A stretch of DNA of 64,000 nt from the IMG/VR virus record IMGVR_UViG_3300033804_000029, positions 1,237 to 65,236 of that record; one strand, written 5' to 3'. The stretch is from a virus. Made by a program: the position numbers and the translations under genes. Numbering within the stretch: the first letter of the stretch is position 1; the number at the start of each line of letters is the position of its first letter. Below, in pieces: positions 1 to 9,933 of the stretch. The notes below the pieces were generated by a model, which worked only from the letters and a program-made list of their open reading frames with translations, did not search any database and was not told the DNA's origin.

Positions 1-2
1 CG

Positions 3-3000
3 CCCCCCGGCGTTTCCCCCCTTCCGCCGGGTGCCGCCGCTCCGGGGGCCGGGATGGTTTCCAAGGGCCTGCCCGCCGCGGCCCCAGCCGGTCGGCAGAA
101 TGAAATAATCCGGGGGGCCTTGCCGCCGGAACCGGCTCCGGCACCGCCCCGGGTACCCCCGGCGATGCCGGAACCGCCCGCCGGAGCCCCGGCCTTGCCG
201 GGTGGTCAGACCGTGGCGGTATCCCCTATTCCAGGGGAAGCCGAGAGGCCGCGCCGGGGTCCTCTGGCTCCGCCTCCCGGAGCCGAACAGCCCATGGGAA
301 CCGCCGGGGCCGGAGCGGCAAGGGTAGTGGAGGCGGCGGAGGCCGCCCCTGCACCCCCTGCCCCTACCCTTGCCCCGGGGGAAATCGCCCCGCCTGAGCC
401 GCCTGGTGCAGCCGTAGAGAGCAGACCCGCACCTCCAGGACGGTTATTCAGCTTGGAGGACGAAGCGACCCTGGCCCGGGGCCTCACTACCGCGGATATC
501 AGGAAGCGGGTGGGGGATTTTGGCACGGTTTCGGAAATCCCGGCGGAGCGGCTGCACGGCGGGAACCAGCGCGCCTGGCGCATTGACACCAAGGGCGGCC
601 AGATGATCGGCGTCTTCGAGTCCCGGGACGGTAGCTTGGAAATGCGGGTGGGGGAAACCCTGGGGCCGGAATACGAAGAACTGGGAATGAGGCCGGAAGC
701 GGGCCGCATTCGGGGCGCCTATCGACCGATGAGTTTCGGGGGTCTGGTGGAACTGGCCCGGGACGTTGGCCCCCGGACGGTGGATCACGAACTCTGGCAC
801 CACATCGAGCAATGGCTGCTGACTGACAAGGAGCGGGCCGCTCTGGCCCGGGACTTCGGCCCCAATGAGGAGGTCCGGGCCCGGGCTTATTCCGAATGGA
901 GTCCCAAAGAGGCTCCCAATACTATCTTCCAGAAAATTAAAGATTTCTTCCAGAGAATCTTGAAGTCCATCACCGGGTATATGAGCGGGGAAGACGTTTT
1001 CGCCAAGGCTCGGACCGGGGAACTCTTTGGCCGGGAGCCGCGGGAACGGGTTCTGGAGCCGGAGCGCCGCTTCGAGGTCGCCGGGGCGGAGGAGGAAAGG
1101 CGGCCCTGGGATATGGTGGGCGGGATCACCGGCAAGGTCACCGGCAACCTGGAGCAGGCCCAGGCCCACTACCGTGGGGTGAAAGATTGGCTGAGTGCCA
1201 TGTTCTGGCCTACCAGGCGCACTGAGGAAGGCCGCTGGACCCACGAGAAGATCGCGGGCCGCCAAGCGGAGACCGCCAAAGAGCAAATCCGCATGAACCG
1301 GGAGTTCCAGCAATATATCCCCCAAACCAACTTCGCCGATCCCCGGACTATTGAATTTCTGCGGCTTTATGAGAGTCCAGACTTTAAGCCAGAAGATATC
1401 ACCGATCCCACCTTCAAAGCCTTTGGGGAATTCTACCGGGCGGAAGAGCGCCGGCAGATGGCCAATATTCACGAACTGGGGATCGACCTCAATGATTTGA
1501 GCAACTACATCGACCACCTGTGGATGTCCAGCGAGAAATTGAATCAGATCAAGCAAGCCCTTGTCTCCGAAAGAGGAAAGTCCATCCAGGGCCCGCAGTA
1601 TTTCCGGCTTCTTCGCACAGTTTCCAGCATCCCGGCGGGGATTGAGGCAGGATTGCAGCCGCGTTATAACTCCCTGGCGGAAACCGTCATGGCGGGCCGG
1701 GCGGCGCATGAGAGTTTCATCGGAGCCCAGCGGGCCATCAAGGACGTGAAGGACGCCGGACGGTTGAAGGTGGTCACCAGCTTGGACAAAGCCCCGGAAG
1801 GCTGGAGGAAGCTGCCGGGGGCCTACGGGGAGGTCTGGACTAAGGTGGATCGCCGGGCCATGCAGGCTATCCCCGAGATCGCCGATACCGAGACCATGCC
1901 CCTGGGCGGCGGGCCGGAACGGGCCGGTTATGAAGATATCCCGGCTCTGAAAGGCTGGATGCGGGTAGGTTACCGGGTGGCCCCGGAAGATGTCGTAACG
2001 CAGTTCGAGAACTTCGCCAGCCGGGGCTGGTCCGGCAAGGCGCCCTTTGAAGTATATCAGAACGCCCTTTTCGGGGTGCGGCATTTGCAGATGGCCCTGT
2101 CCGCCTGGCACTTAACTTTTGAGGGAATTAACGCCATGGCCAGCCGGGCCTGGATGGGCTTGGCTGACACCGTAGGAGGAATATTTCAGGGCGATGTCCG
2201 GCGCCTGGGAGCCGGTTTAGGTAAATTGGTTACGGCACCGGCGGCTCTGCCCCTTTATATCCGTAAAGGCTTGGAATTTGACCGGGCCTTGATGAATCCC
2301 AAATATGCCGATCCCGATGTGGTGGATATCGCCAATATTTTGGCGGGCGGAGCCCGGGTTGCCTCTGAAACCAATCTGAAAAATCTTCTAGGTGGGCATT
2401 TAAGAGAGGCCGGGGAAGCTTTTCGGGCGGCGCAGCCTTTCCGGGCGGCAGGCGGTCTATTAAGGACGGCCTCCTCTGGTCTGATGGATTTCATTGTGCC
2501 ACAGGGGAAGAACGGCCAGATTTATAATGAATATTTCCGCGAGATGGAGCGGTTCACCCGGCAAATGGGGCGCGAAGCCACTCAAGAAGAGGCCCGGCGG
2601 ATTGCCTACGAGGTCCGGGAACACGCCGATAACGTCTGGGGGGCGGTGGCCCGGGATAACGTCAATGTCGGGGCCACGGCCCGGAGCCTGTTCAGCTTTT
2701 GGCTGCAGTTTCCCCGGTTCAACATCGGCTCCGCCAAGCTCTTGGCCCGGGACATCTCCGGGGCCAAGGGAGTACTGCGCCAGGCAGTGCAGTTCGCCCG
2801 GGGGATGCCGGTGGAGTCTCTTAAGATTGAGGACCGGCTGGCCCTGCAATACACTACGGGTCTGCTCTTTTCGGTGGGCCTCATGGGGGGCCTGATGCAC
2901 TGGGCCTTCACCGGCAAGCCGCCGGAGAAAATGAAGGACTTCTATTATCCGGCGACCGGGGAAACTCTGCCAAACGGAGCGGAGGAGCGTCTGCAACTGC

Positions 3001-3947
3001 CCTCTTATCTCAAGGACGCCTATGGTCTGGTGAAGCATCCCGTCCGGGTAATCACCGCCAAGGAAGCCACTTTTATTCACGTCCTGGATGACTTTATCGC
3101 CAACAAAGACTATTGGGGGGAACAGATTTACGATCCCTACGGCTCCTGGCGGGAATTTGCCCAAAATATCGGGAAATATCTGGGCCGGCAGGCGACGCCG
3201 TTCATCGTCCAGACTTATCTGCGGGGAGCGGAGCAGACCCCGGGGCGGGCAGGTCTGAGCTTTATGGGAATCCGGCCGGTGCCCCGGGAGATCGCCAACA
3301 CCCCGGCGATGGGGGTCATGGATCATTATAACGAACTCATGCGGGCCTCCACCACCACCAAAGAAGGAGCTGAACTAAAACGCCTCAAGGCCGACCTGAT
3401 GAAGCTGGCCCGGGCCGGGGATGAGGCGGGGTTCCTGGACATGGCGAATACTGCCAGGGAGGAAGGCCGGATCACTCAGCGGCAGATTGAGGAAGTGGCC
3501 AAGGAGAGCCAGGAGCCCGCCGGCCTGTCCCGCTTCCGCCGACTGCCCCTGGAGTGGAAGCTGCGGACCCTGGCGGTGGCCTCTGATTTTGAGAAGGAGC
3601 AATGGCTGCCCTATTTCCTCAAATCAATCATCACCGAGTCTGAACAAAGGCCGGAAAATCTGGTGAAGAACCGGGAACTTCTGATGAACGCCCTGGACGC
3701 CCTGGGATTCCCGGAAAGCGCCGCGTTCGTGCAGGCGTTGGAGATTCCCGAGGAAGGCGGTCGGCGGCCTTTGGGAGAGTTGGGGATACCGCGGCCCGCC
3801 CCGGAAATTCCTGATTTGGAACGGGCGGATACGGAAGTGGCCCGGGCCATGGCGGCCAATCTGGCGAAGCTAACCGGGGAACCCCGACGGCGGAGAGGCC
3901 CCCTGCCCTCGCCGCCCCGGCACCGTTTGGAGTTTTTGGGCTTATAA
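3..3947 (+). CDS. Giant virion/DNA-ejection (polyvalent-like) protein, 5'-partial, with HExxH metallopeptidase-like motif
   Basis: >1297 aa; frame open to the window edge; Pro/Ala-rich linker, HELWH motif followed by 'EEVRARAY..IFQKIKDFF', helical C-terminal region; lies at the end of the structural operon. Confidence 0.6.
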   Translation, partial: PPGVSPLPPGAAAPGAGMVSKGLPAAAPAGRQNEIIRGALPPEPAPAPPRVPPAMPEPPAGAPALPGGQTVAVSPIPGEAERPRRGPLAPPPGAEQPMGTAGAGAARVVEAAEAAPAPPAPTLAPGEIAPPEPPGAAVESRPAPPGRLFSLEDEATLARGLTTADIRKRVGDFGTVSEIPAERLHGGNQRAWRIDTKGGQMIGVFESRDGSLEMRVGETLGPEYEELGMRPEAGRIRGAYRPMSFGGLVELARDVGPRTVDHELWHHIEQWLLTDKERAALARDFGPNEEVRARAYSEWSPKEAPNTIFQKIKDFFQRILKSITGYMSGEDVFAKARTGELFGREPRERVLEPERRFEVAGAEEERRPWDMVGGITGKVTGNLEQAQAHYRGVKDWLSAMFWPTRRTEEGRWTHEKIAGRQAETAKEQIRMNREFQQYIPQTNFADPRTIEFLRLYESPDFKPEDITDPTFKAFGEFYRAEERRQMANIHELGIDLNDLSNYIDHLWMSSEKLNQIKQALVSERGKSIQGPQYFRLLRTVSSIPAGIEAGLQPRYNSLAETVMAGRAAHESFIGAQRAIKDVKDAGRLKVVTSLDKAPEGWRKLPGAYGEVWTKVDRRAMQAIPEIADTETMPLGGGPERAGYEDIPALKGWMRVGYRVAPEDVVTQFENFASRGWSGKAPFEVYQNALFGVRHLQMALSAWHLTFEGINAMASRAWMGLADTVGGIFQGDVRRLGAGLGKLVTAPAALPLYIRKGLEFDRALMNPKYADPDVVDIANILAGGARVASETNLKNLLGGHLREAGEAFRAAQPFRAAGGLLRTASSGLMDFIVPQGKNGQIYNEYFREMERFTRQMGREATQEEARRIAYEVREHADNVWGAVARDNVNVGATARSLFSFWLQFPRFNIGSAKLLARDISGAKGVLRQAVQFARGMPVESLKIEDRLALQYTTGLLFSVGLMGGLMHWAFTGKPPEKMKDFYYPATGETLPNGAEERLQLPSYLKDAYGLVKHPVRVITAKEATFIHVLDDFIANKDYWGEQIYDPYGSWREFAQNIGKYLGRQATPFIVQTYLRGAEQTPGRAGLSFMGIRPVPREIANTPAMGVMDHYNELMRASTTTKEGAELKRLKADLMKLARAGDEAGFLDMANTAREEGRITQRQIEEVAKESQEPAGLSRFRRLPLEWKLRTLAVASDFEKEQWLPYFLKSIITESEQRPENLVKNRELLMNALDALGFPESAAFVQALEIPEEGGRRPLGELGIPRPAPEIPDLERADTEVARAMAANLAKLTGEPRRRRGPLPSPPRHRLEFLGL

Positions 3948-3980
3948 ATTTAAGAAATTTCACTGAAAAGGAGAACGGTC

Positions 3981-4439
3981 ATGGGCGGATGGTTGATTGA
4001 ACTCAGGGATAAAACCACTAATGTATGCGGGGATTTGCTGGCGGACCCCGGAGACTTTCTGGCCGCGGTCAATCCGGCTGGGCTTACCGGGATCACAAAT
4101 GGCTGGTGGCAGCATATTCCTTCCTGGGACAAGGTTGAATTGAGCCTGATCTGTTCGGCAGCCGCCACCTTCCTGGTCTGCGTCAGCGGGGTCAATCCGC
4201 AGTCCGACCCAAATGTGCCAGGAAATGCCCCGGACAATAATAACTGGGATGGCTACCCGCTGTTTTACGGGCAAAACACCGTGTTTTCGCCGGTGGCCAG
4301 CGTTGATCCGACGACTGGACAAATAGCCTTTTCCGCCGGTGGCGAAGTGGCCTTGCCCATCCGCATCCAGAACGCCTGGATAAAGGTCAAGGTCATCAGC
4401 AACAATGGGCGGGTTTCGGCACCGATAAGGGGAGTCTAA
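3981..4439 (+). CDS. Hypothetical virion protein
   Basis: 152 aa ORF, strong AAGGAG RBS, between ejection protein and tail fibres. Confidence 0.5.
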   Translation: MGGWLIELRDKTTNVCGDLLADPGDFLAAVNPAGLTGITNGWWQHIPSWDKVELSLICSAAATFLVCVSGVNPQSDPNVPGNAPDNNNWDGYPLFYGQNTVFSPVASVDPTTGQIAFSAGGEVALPIRIQNAWIKVKVISNNGRVSAPIRGV

Positions 4440-4451
4440 AGGAGAACGGTC

Positions 4452-6071
4452 ATGCTCACTTTTCCGCCGCCGGGGTACAATCCATTTGCGATTGGTCAAT
4501 TTAGTCTTGTCTATCCGGCCCCCTTGAAGGATGCCTATTTAATCAACGATTCCTTTCTGGATAGCCGCGCTCCGGGCACAGTCAACGGGACTCCGTTGAC
4601 TCCGGGGCCGGGACCAGGGGGACGTTTCAGCACCGATGTAACGCAACCGCCCCGGTGGACCGCAAATACTCCCGTGGCTTATGGGGCTTTTTGTCGAGAC
4701 GCGGCGGGAAATTATTATCAATGCGGGCAGGCCGGAATCACCGGTGTTTCCGAGCCTTCCTGGATCACCAGTATTGGCTGGCAAACTATAGATAATACCG
4801 TCCACTGGCGGCGATTTTGTAATCCCTATATTCTAAATCGCTGTCTGCGGGTTTATCCTACTTTTGCACAAAATATGAAAATTATTTGGTCGGAAATTCC
4901 TATTGCCAAAATTCCGGGTATATGGATGTTGGCGCAATTTTCATTTTATTATGGTGGTTGGCAATTGGGCCTTCACCTAAATTTAGCTGAATCAATTCCC
5001 TTTTTATATTTAGGAGGAGCAGATGACGGATATTTGGATGTGCCATTTAAGGATAGTTCTTTTGTGCCAGTTCTGACTGCTCCAGATAATTCCCAAGCCA
5101 TTCATTATCAAGTCGCCTTGGTTTGCCGCAAATTCGGTGGGTTATATTTCTGTAATAAAAATAGCGCCGGGTTGCGGTTGCTTTATACTACTACTTGGTC
5201 AAACGACCGTTACGGTCAAAGTCCGATTTTGCCTTTACTTAATTGGGGGAGTAGTTATGGCGATGACCGTTACGCTCAGATTGAAAACTATTTGCGGATG
5301 CCGACCCAATTCTGGCCTTTAACTATTGGGATAATCGCCGCAGATACTTTTGTGAGATCTAATGGCACTCTGGGCCTCACCGATGGGAAAGGCCACCAGT
5401 TAGCTTTGCTAGTTCCTAAAGACAATTCTGGAGATGACCCGCAAGCCGGTCAGGGCAACATGAATGAGGCCGTGGCCGGCAATGGCCTCCCCTGGACCAA
5501 CTTGGCGGGCACGGTCCAAATAGTCGGCAACACCGCCCAATCTACGGCCCTGAGTGGCGGGCGGGCGGTTTGCGTGGTGCCGGTGGGGACCAACAATGTT
5601 TTTATGACTATGGCTTTGGCGGCCCTCTCCACCGGCGGCGCAGGCTTAGTCTTTGATTGCGTGGACGCCAATAACTATTGGTACTGGTTCTTCGATGGCT
5701 CCAACCTGAAGTTGATTCAACGGGTTAACGGAGTGGACCAAGCTCCAGCTAGCACGGTTGCCGCGAGTTTCACCGCTAAGGAGGAAATGCGGCTGCGGTT
5801 GGATGGCACCAATTTCTGGTCCTGGTACAAGAATATCATGCGGGTAGCTGATCTGACCATCAGCAAAATCGGCGGCAATTACGCCGGACTGATTTTCTTC
5901 GACACCGGGACTCAGGTGAATGAGTTCGTCTGCCGGGCGACCGGCAATGAAGGACAATATAATTATATAAGCAATTTCAATCAAATAGATAATTCTTATT
6001 TATTAAATGAAGATGGATCATATATTCTGATGGAGGATGGATCATCTGAAATAGTATTAGAAACTTTCTAG
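4452..6071 (+). CDS. Tail fibre / receptor-binding protein with lectin-like domains
   Basis: WTANTPVAYG..YYQC..G.T..SEPSW..DNTVHW motif, beta-rich C-terminal domain, terminal LLNEDGSYILMEDG motif, AT-rich middle segment. Confidence 0.6.
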   Translation: MLTFPPPGYNPFAIGQFSLVYPAPLKDAYLINDSFLDSRAPGTVNGTPLTPGPGPGGRFSTDVTQPPRWTANTPVAYGAFCRDAAGNYYQCGQAGITGVSEPSWITSIGWQTIDNTVHWRRFCNPYILNRCLRVYPTFAQNMKIIWSEIPIAKIPGIWMLAQFSFYYGGWQLGLHLNLAESIPFLYLGGADDGYLDVPFKDSSFVPVLTAPDNSQAIHYQVALVCRKFGGLYFCNKNSAGLRLLYTTTWSNDRYGQSPILPLLNWGSSYGDDRYAQIENYLRMPTQFWPLTIGIIAADTFVRSNGTLGLTDGKGHQLALLVPKDNSGDDPQAGQGNMNEAVAGNGLPWTNLAGTVQIVGNTAQSTALSGGRAVCVVPVGTNNVFMTMALAALSTGGAGLVFDCVDANNYWYWFFDGSNLKLIQRVNGVDQAPASTVAASFTAKEEMRLRLDGTNFWSWYKNIMRVADLTISKIGGNYAGLIFFDTGTQVNEFVCRATGNEGQYNYISNFNQIDNSYLLNEDGSYILMEDGSSEIVLETF

Positions 6072-6073
6072 AG

Positions 6074-7087
6074 GTGGATAATATGACAAATTATAAGATT
6101 TCTCAACTTCAGGCAAAGACTATCCCTGTCGATGCTGATCTAACGATCATTGCAGATTCGGCGGGTCCGCCAAACAAGAGCCTTTCCTGGGCCAATCTCA
6201 AGGCGACCCTGAAAAGTTATTTCGATACGCTTTATCAGGCGATTTTGGGATTCACTCCAGAAAATGTGACGAATAAGTCAACAGACGGCACTCTGGGCGG
6301 TGCTTCGCCATCGGACACGAAATATCCTTCCCAAAAAGCGGCGAAAACCTATGCGGATGGTTTGGTTTTGCCCGGTTATATGAGCCGCTTAAAGGTTTAT
6401 AATGATTCCGGGAACCCGGCCAGCAAGATTGACATCACCGCGGACGCGATAATCATGGCCAGCGGTACTGCCTATAAACTGCTCACCGGAGTGAGCCTAG
6501 CGGTGGATTGCACCACTAATGGCGCCAACGGATTGGACACCGGCAGCCTGAGCAACGGCAACTGGTACTTTTTTTATGTGATTTATAACCCCACTACTGC
6601 GACCATCGCGGGACTGGCATCCTTGTCGGCGACCTCCCCAGCCCTGCCCAGCGGTTATACTTATAGCCGATTGGTGAGTGCTATTTATTACACTTCCAGC
6701 GCCTTCCGTAATGTGAAGCAGGCAGGCAACCGGGTCAATGTCACTACTGCAGGCATATCAATGTATGCTTGTAGCGTAAACTCATACACTTCTACAGACA
6801 TTTCCGCTTATGTACCAGCAAATGCTCTATCGGTTCAAATTCAGCCCACACATACAAACGCAACTCAAACCGCCATGATGCATGAAATAGCCTGGGATGC
6901 CAGCGGTACTAATAGAGTGCAATTTATCGTGGGAGCTCCGGGAGCTACCTTGGATGGAACTGAAGTTTCTCTTGGGGCGCAAACTTATCGTCTCAACCCG
7001 GCGGCGCCGCAGACCATCTATATCAAAGGCTATGATACCAACGACCGGGGCCATAGTTATCTGCTGGGGTATGAGTTGGATATCTAA
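6074..7087 (+). CDS. Tail fibre protein
   Basis: N-terminal KISQL..D.D; GANGLDTGSL..WY.Y.I; PALPSGYTYSRLV tail-fibre motifs. Confidence 0.7.
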   Translation: MDNMTNYKISQLQAKTIPVDADLTIIADSAGPPNKSLSWANLKATLKSYFDTLYQAILGFTPENVTNKSTDGTLGGASPSDTKYPSQKAAKTYADGLVLPGYMSRLKVYNDSGNPASKIDITADAIIMASGTAYKLLTGVSLAVDCTTNGANGLDTGSLSNGNWYFFYVIYNPTTATIAGLASLSATSPALPSGYTYSRLVSAIYYTSSAFRNVKQAGNRVNVTTAGISMYACSVNSYTSTDISAYVPANALSVQIQPTHTNATQTAMMHEIAWDASGTNRVQFIVGAPGATLDGTEVSLGAQTYRLNPAAPQTIYIKGYDTNDRGHSYLLGYELDI

Positions 7088-7099
7088 CGAGATTAAGTC

Positions 7100-7507
7100 A
7101 TGGACCTGGAATCAATCCTTAAGGGCACGAAGCTCTGTGATCATCTGAATTTCAACACTGTTCTCTTGGTGCTTGTCCTGATTTTTATCATCGGTCCCAA
7201 GCGCATAGCCGAGATTTTGAAACGCTGGGCCGGGAAGTCGGAAGTCAGCGTGACGATCCATGAGCCGAATCCGACACCACCTAGCACGACAGTCCTGGTT
7301 ACGGAAAAAGAGTGCGACGCCAAGCACAAAGCCATAGATAAAGATTTGGATGAAGGCAAAAAAGCTGACCAAAGAATCTGGGATTTTATCGGGCCAATGC
7401 AAACCGATGTAGTGGAGACAAAAACTACCGTGGGCCATATCAAGGAAGATGTGAGCTACATCAGAGGTCAGATCGAAAGAGCTCCTGGGCGCAAAAAAAC
7501 TTCTTGA
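7100..7507 (+). CDS. Single-TM membrane protein with coiled-coil tail (lysis-adjacent)
   Basis: Hydrophobic VLLVLVLIFII segment, directly upstream of the endolysin. Confidence 0.45.
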   Translation: MDLESILKGTKLCDHLNFNTVLLVLVLIFIIGPKRIAEILKRWAGKSEVSVTIHEPNPTPPSTTVLVTEKECDAKHKAIDKDLDEGKKADQRIWDFIGPMQTDVVETKTTVGHIKEDVSYIRGQIERAPGRKKTS

Positions 7508-7532
7508 CAGGTCTTTCCCCTTGATAGTATAA
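7504..7532 (+). promoter_or_regulatory. Sigma70-like promoter for the lysis cassette
   Basis: TTGACA-N17-TATAAG upstream of the GGAGG RBS of the endolysin. Confidence 0.55.
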
Positions 7533-7556
7533 GGCGGGGGAAAGGAGGGAGACAAG

Positions 7557-8024
7557 ATGCCCCAATCGCAGCCAGATTATGATCAATTAATGCTAAGAGT
7601 CCTGGCTACCATCAAGAGTTACGCTGGGGTTTCCGAACTGACCAATATGCAGCAGATCCTTGAGTGGATCGAGGAGGCGGACGGCAACACCCGGCGGGAG
7701 GCCTGGTGCAGCGATTTTATGATGGATATGCTCCGGGAGGCCGGAATCGACATCACCGGCGTCACCCCGGCGGCGGCAAGCTGGCTGGATTGGGGAGTGG
7801 ACATCGGCGACCAAGCGGTAGGCGGCTGCATCGCCGTCTTTCACTGGTCCAGCGGGCCGGATGAAGGCGGCCACCATGTTACTATGGTGGATGACAACCA
7901 GGATGGAGTCGCTGACGGCCTCATCGCCTGCTGGGGCGGGAACCAGGGCCGGGCGGTGAAACGGTGCCTGTTCTCTCTGAGCGATGTGCAGAGCTTCCGG
8001 ATGCCGGAAGGCTATCAGGTATAA
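7557..8024 (+). CDS. Endolysin, CHAP/NlpC-P60-like (TIGR02594-like)
   Basis: AWCSDFM..AAASWLDWG..GCIAVF..GHHVT..GGNQG motif set with Cys/His dyad. Confidence 0.8.
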   Translation: MPQSQPDYDQLMLRVLATIKSYAGVSELTNMQQILEWIEEADGNTRREAWCSDFMMDMLREAGIDITGVTPAAASWLDWGVDIGDQAVGGCIAVFHWSSGPDEGGHHVTMVDDNQDGVADGLIACWGGNQGRAVKRCLFSLSDVQSFRMPEGYQV

Positions 8025-8042
8025 AATTAATTCTTCTAACCG

Positions 8043-8354
8043 ATGAATTTCTGGCAAGAATTTCTCAAACTGGACAACAGCCAAGTCCATACGCCTTACG
8101 CCGCCATGGCCATTGCCTTTATTCTGGCGGCCCCGATCATCTGTCTGTCCTGCGCCGGGGTAATTTACCATGTTTTCTGGCTTCGCAAGGGTCTGGACGG
8201 CCCCACGGTGGAACTGTTGAAGGTGATGCTGGGAGCGGCGACCGGCGGGGTGATCGGCAGCGGGGCCACAATGTTCAGCCGTTATCCCGTTCTTGGAGAG
8301 AAAAGCAGACCGCCGGACCGGGATACTGAAATCATTAAGGGAGAGAACCCATGA
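8043..8354 (+). CDS. Putative holin (2 TM)
   Basis: Two hydrophobic segments and a charged C-terminus; follows the endolysin. Confidence 0.55.
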   Translation: MNFWQEFLKLDNSQVHTPYAAMAIAFILAAPIICLSCAGVIYHVFWLRKGLDGPTVELLKVMLGAATGGVIGSGATMFSRYPVLGEKSRPPDRDTEIIKGENP

Positions 8355-8458
8355 AAGGAAGTAGCATGGCCCTGAGCTTGATAGCCTGTGCCTTGTTGGC
8401 CCTGGCGTGGTTTGGAGGACTGGCCCTGTTAATTTCTAAAATTAATCCCCGTTTTTGA
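8351..8458 (+). CDS. 35-aa hydrophobic peptide
   Basis: ATGA-coupled to the holin; MKGSSMALSLIACALLALAWFGGLALLISKINPRF. Confidence 0.35.
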   Translation: MKGSSMALSLIACALLALAWFGGLALLISKINPRF

Positions 8459-8487
8459 AAACGGGAGAAAAGAAAGGAGTCAAGATA

Positions 8488-8826
8488 ATGATGAGCGCCG
8501 ATTTTTCCAATGAGATGAATATTGTGGTGCCGGCCAATACCGATCCCAATCCGGCGGAGATCACCGCCATTAGCCGGACCGGGAACGTGGTCCACCTCCA
8601 GGTGCAGTTGCCCGGCACCAGCGAGGACGGCCAGCCCTTGCAACAACTCAGCGGCCTCAAGGTATTCGCCGACACCGATACCTTGATGGGCAAGCTGGAA
8701 AAACTGCTGGGCATGGACGCGGTGCTGACCGTGCCTCTGGATGCCAGCAAAATCGGGCAGGTGATCAGCGTGGATGTGCCGGACCGGGCGGCGGGTCGCT
8801 GGCATTTCCGGGTCCAGCCCTTTTAA
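8488..8826 (+). CDS. Fibronectin type III-like small protein (apparently permuted)
   Basis: PGTSEDGQPLQQLSGLKVF and GRWHFRVQPF resemble FN3 strands; AAGGAG RBS. Confidence 0.5.
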   Translation: MMSADFSNEMNIVVPANTDPNPAEITAISRTGNVVHLQVQLPGTSEDGQPLQQLSGLKVFADTDTLMGKLEKLLGMDAVLTVPLDASKIGQVISVDVPDRAAGRWHFRVQPF

Positions 8827-8897
8827 TCTTGCCGGCCGACTTTTCCAATGAGAAGTGGATAGACATTCCGCCCACTTCTCCATCCGGGAGATTTAAT

Positions 8898-9302
8898 GTG
8901 CCTATACTTGCCCTGCTTCGGCTTATCGGCGTTCGAGGCTTTCTGGCTCTGGCTCTGGCCGCGGCCCTGGGAGTCTGCTACCTGGGATACAAAGTGGAAA
9001 AAGCCGCCAAAGAAAAGGCGCAGGCTGCCTTAGCTACGGCCAAGTTGGCGGCGGAAATCTCGCAGCAACAGGTTCTGCTCTATCAGGAACGGGAGGCCAT
9101 TCAGGCCAAGGCGGCCAAAAGAAGGGGAAAACTCAATGAGCTTAGGGCGAAAGGCGATCTGGACGGCCTGTCTAATGATTTTAATACTGCTGGCGGGGTG
9201 CTGCGGCCCGGAGGCCCAAATCCCCCGGGAGGCGCTAAACCCGCTACCCGATATCACCCTGCCCAAGGAGCCGGTCCTACATACCACGAAGCTCCTCGAT
9301 GA
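8898..9302 (+). CDS. Inner-membrane spanin (Rz-like)
   Basis: N-terminal TM helix followed by Ala/Lys coiled coil; overlaps a lipoprotein gene. Confidence 0.7.
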   Translation: MPILALLRLIGVRGFLALALAAALGVCYLGYKVEKAAKEKAQAALATAKLAAEISQQQVLLYQEREAIQAKAAKRRGKLNELRAKGDLDGLSNDFNTAGGVLRPGGPNPPGGAKPATRYHPAQGAGPTYHEAPR

Positions 9303-9504
9303 CCAGGGGAAACCGGCGGGCCTGCTTTTCCCGACAAATGACGCCTTCACTGAGGCGCAGTACCGCAACGATCTACGGGAGGCGGCGGAATTGGGAGCCG
9401 CTAATACCCGAGCCGCCAATAAAATTTTCGGGATTTTGCGGGAGCCGCCTAAGAAATGGTGGCAGTTCTGGCGAAGAAAAACGGAAGCGGAAGTCTCAAA
9501 ATAA
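9136..9504 (+). CDS. Outer-membrane spanin lipoprotein (Rz1-like)
   Basis: Signal peptide MSLGRKAIWTACLMILILLAGC with LAGC lipobox, Pro-rich, overlapping the i-spanin in another frame. Confidence 0.75.
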   Translation: MSLGRKAIWTACLMILILLAGCCGPEAQIPREALNPLPDITLPKEPVLHTTKLLDDQGKPAGLLFPTNDAFTEAQYRNDLREAAELGAANTRAANKIFGILREPPKKWWQFWRRKTEAEVSK

Positions 9505-9552
9505 GGAGTAATCTATGATTAACCACCAGGGACCGATGATCTTTGATTCTGG

Positions 9553-9933
9553 ATGAGGGCCTTGCCCCTCATCCTGCTTTTGCTCTTAACCCCCAACCCA
9601 GGCGCCGGTCAACCAATCGGTCCCGAAGCTCCAGCATCAGTTGTAAAGGTGAGAGCCGTAGCAACCGCATACTGTCTCCGGGGGAGGCGCACCGCATCCG
9701 ACAAGATCGTTTATCCCGGGTGCATCGCATTAAGCCGGGGCTTGGTCAAACGCCTAAAGGCTAAATTCGGGGATATCATCGTGGTAGAAGGAATCGGGGT
9801 TTTTATCTTTGATGACCTGATGCCCCCCAGGTGGCGGCATCCCCGGGTTGATATCCATTATCCCACGCTGCGCCAATGCCATACTTTCCCCAATGGCCAG
9901 CGGTTTTTGTGCTACAATGCATCCACTCGCTGA
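9553..9933 (+). CDS. Secreted 3D-domain (lytic transglycosylase-like) protein
   Basis: Signal peptide; ATAYC..TAS..GCIALS..FGD..DD..RVDI pattern. Confidence 0.7.
   Translation: MRALPLILLLLLTPNPGAGQPIGPEAPASVVKVRAVATAYCLRGRRTASDKIVYPGCIALSRGLVKRLKAKFGDIIVVEGIGVFIFDDLMPPRWRHPRVDIHYPTLRQCHTFPNGQRFLCYNASTR

Noticed and set aside
444-2111. 555-aa minus-strand ORF and many similar antisense ORFs
   Set aside because: Shadow frames of GC-rich genes; no RBS or recognisable motifs.
3967-4454. Identical AAAGGAGAACGGTCATG before two adjacent genes
   Set aside because: Explained as a reused RBS/start context; a near copy precedes 55567.
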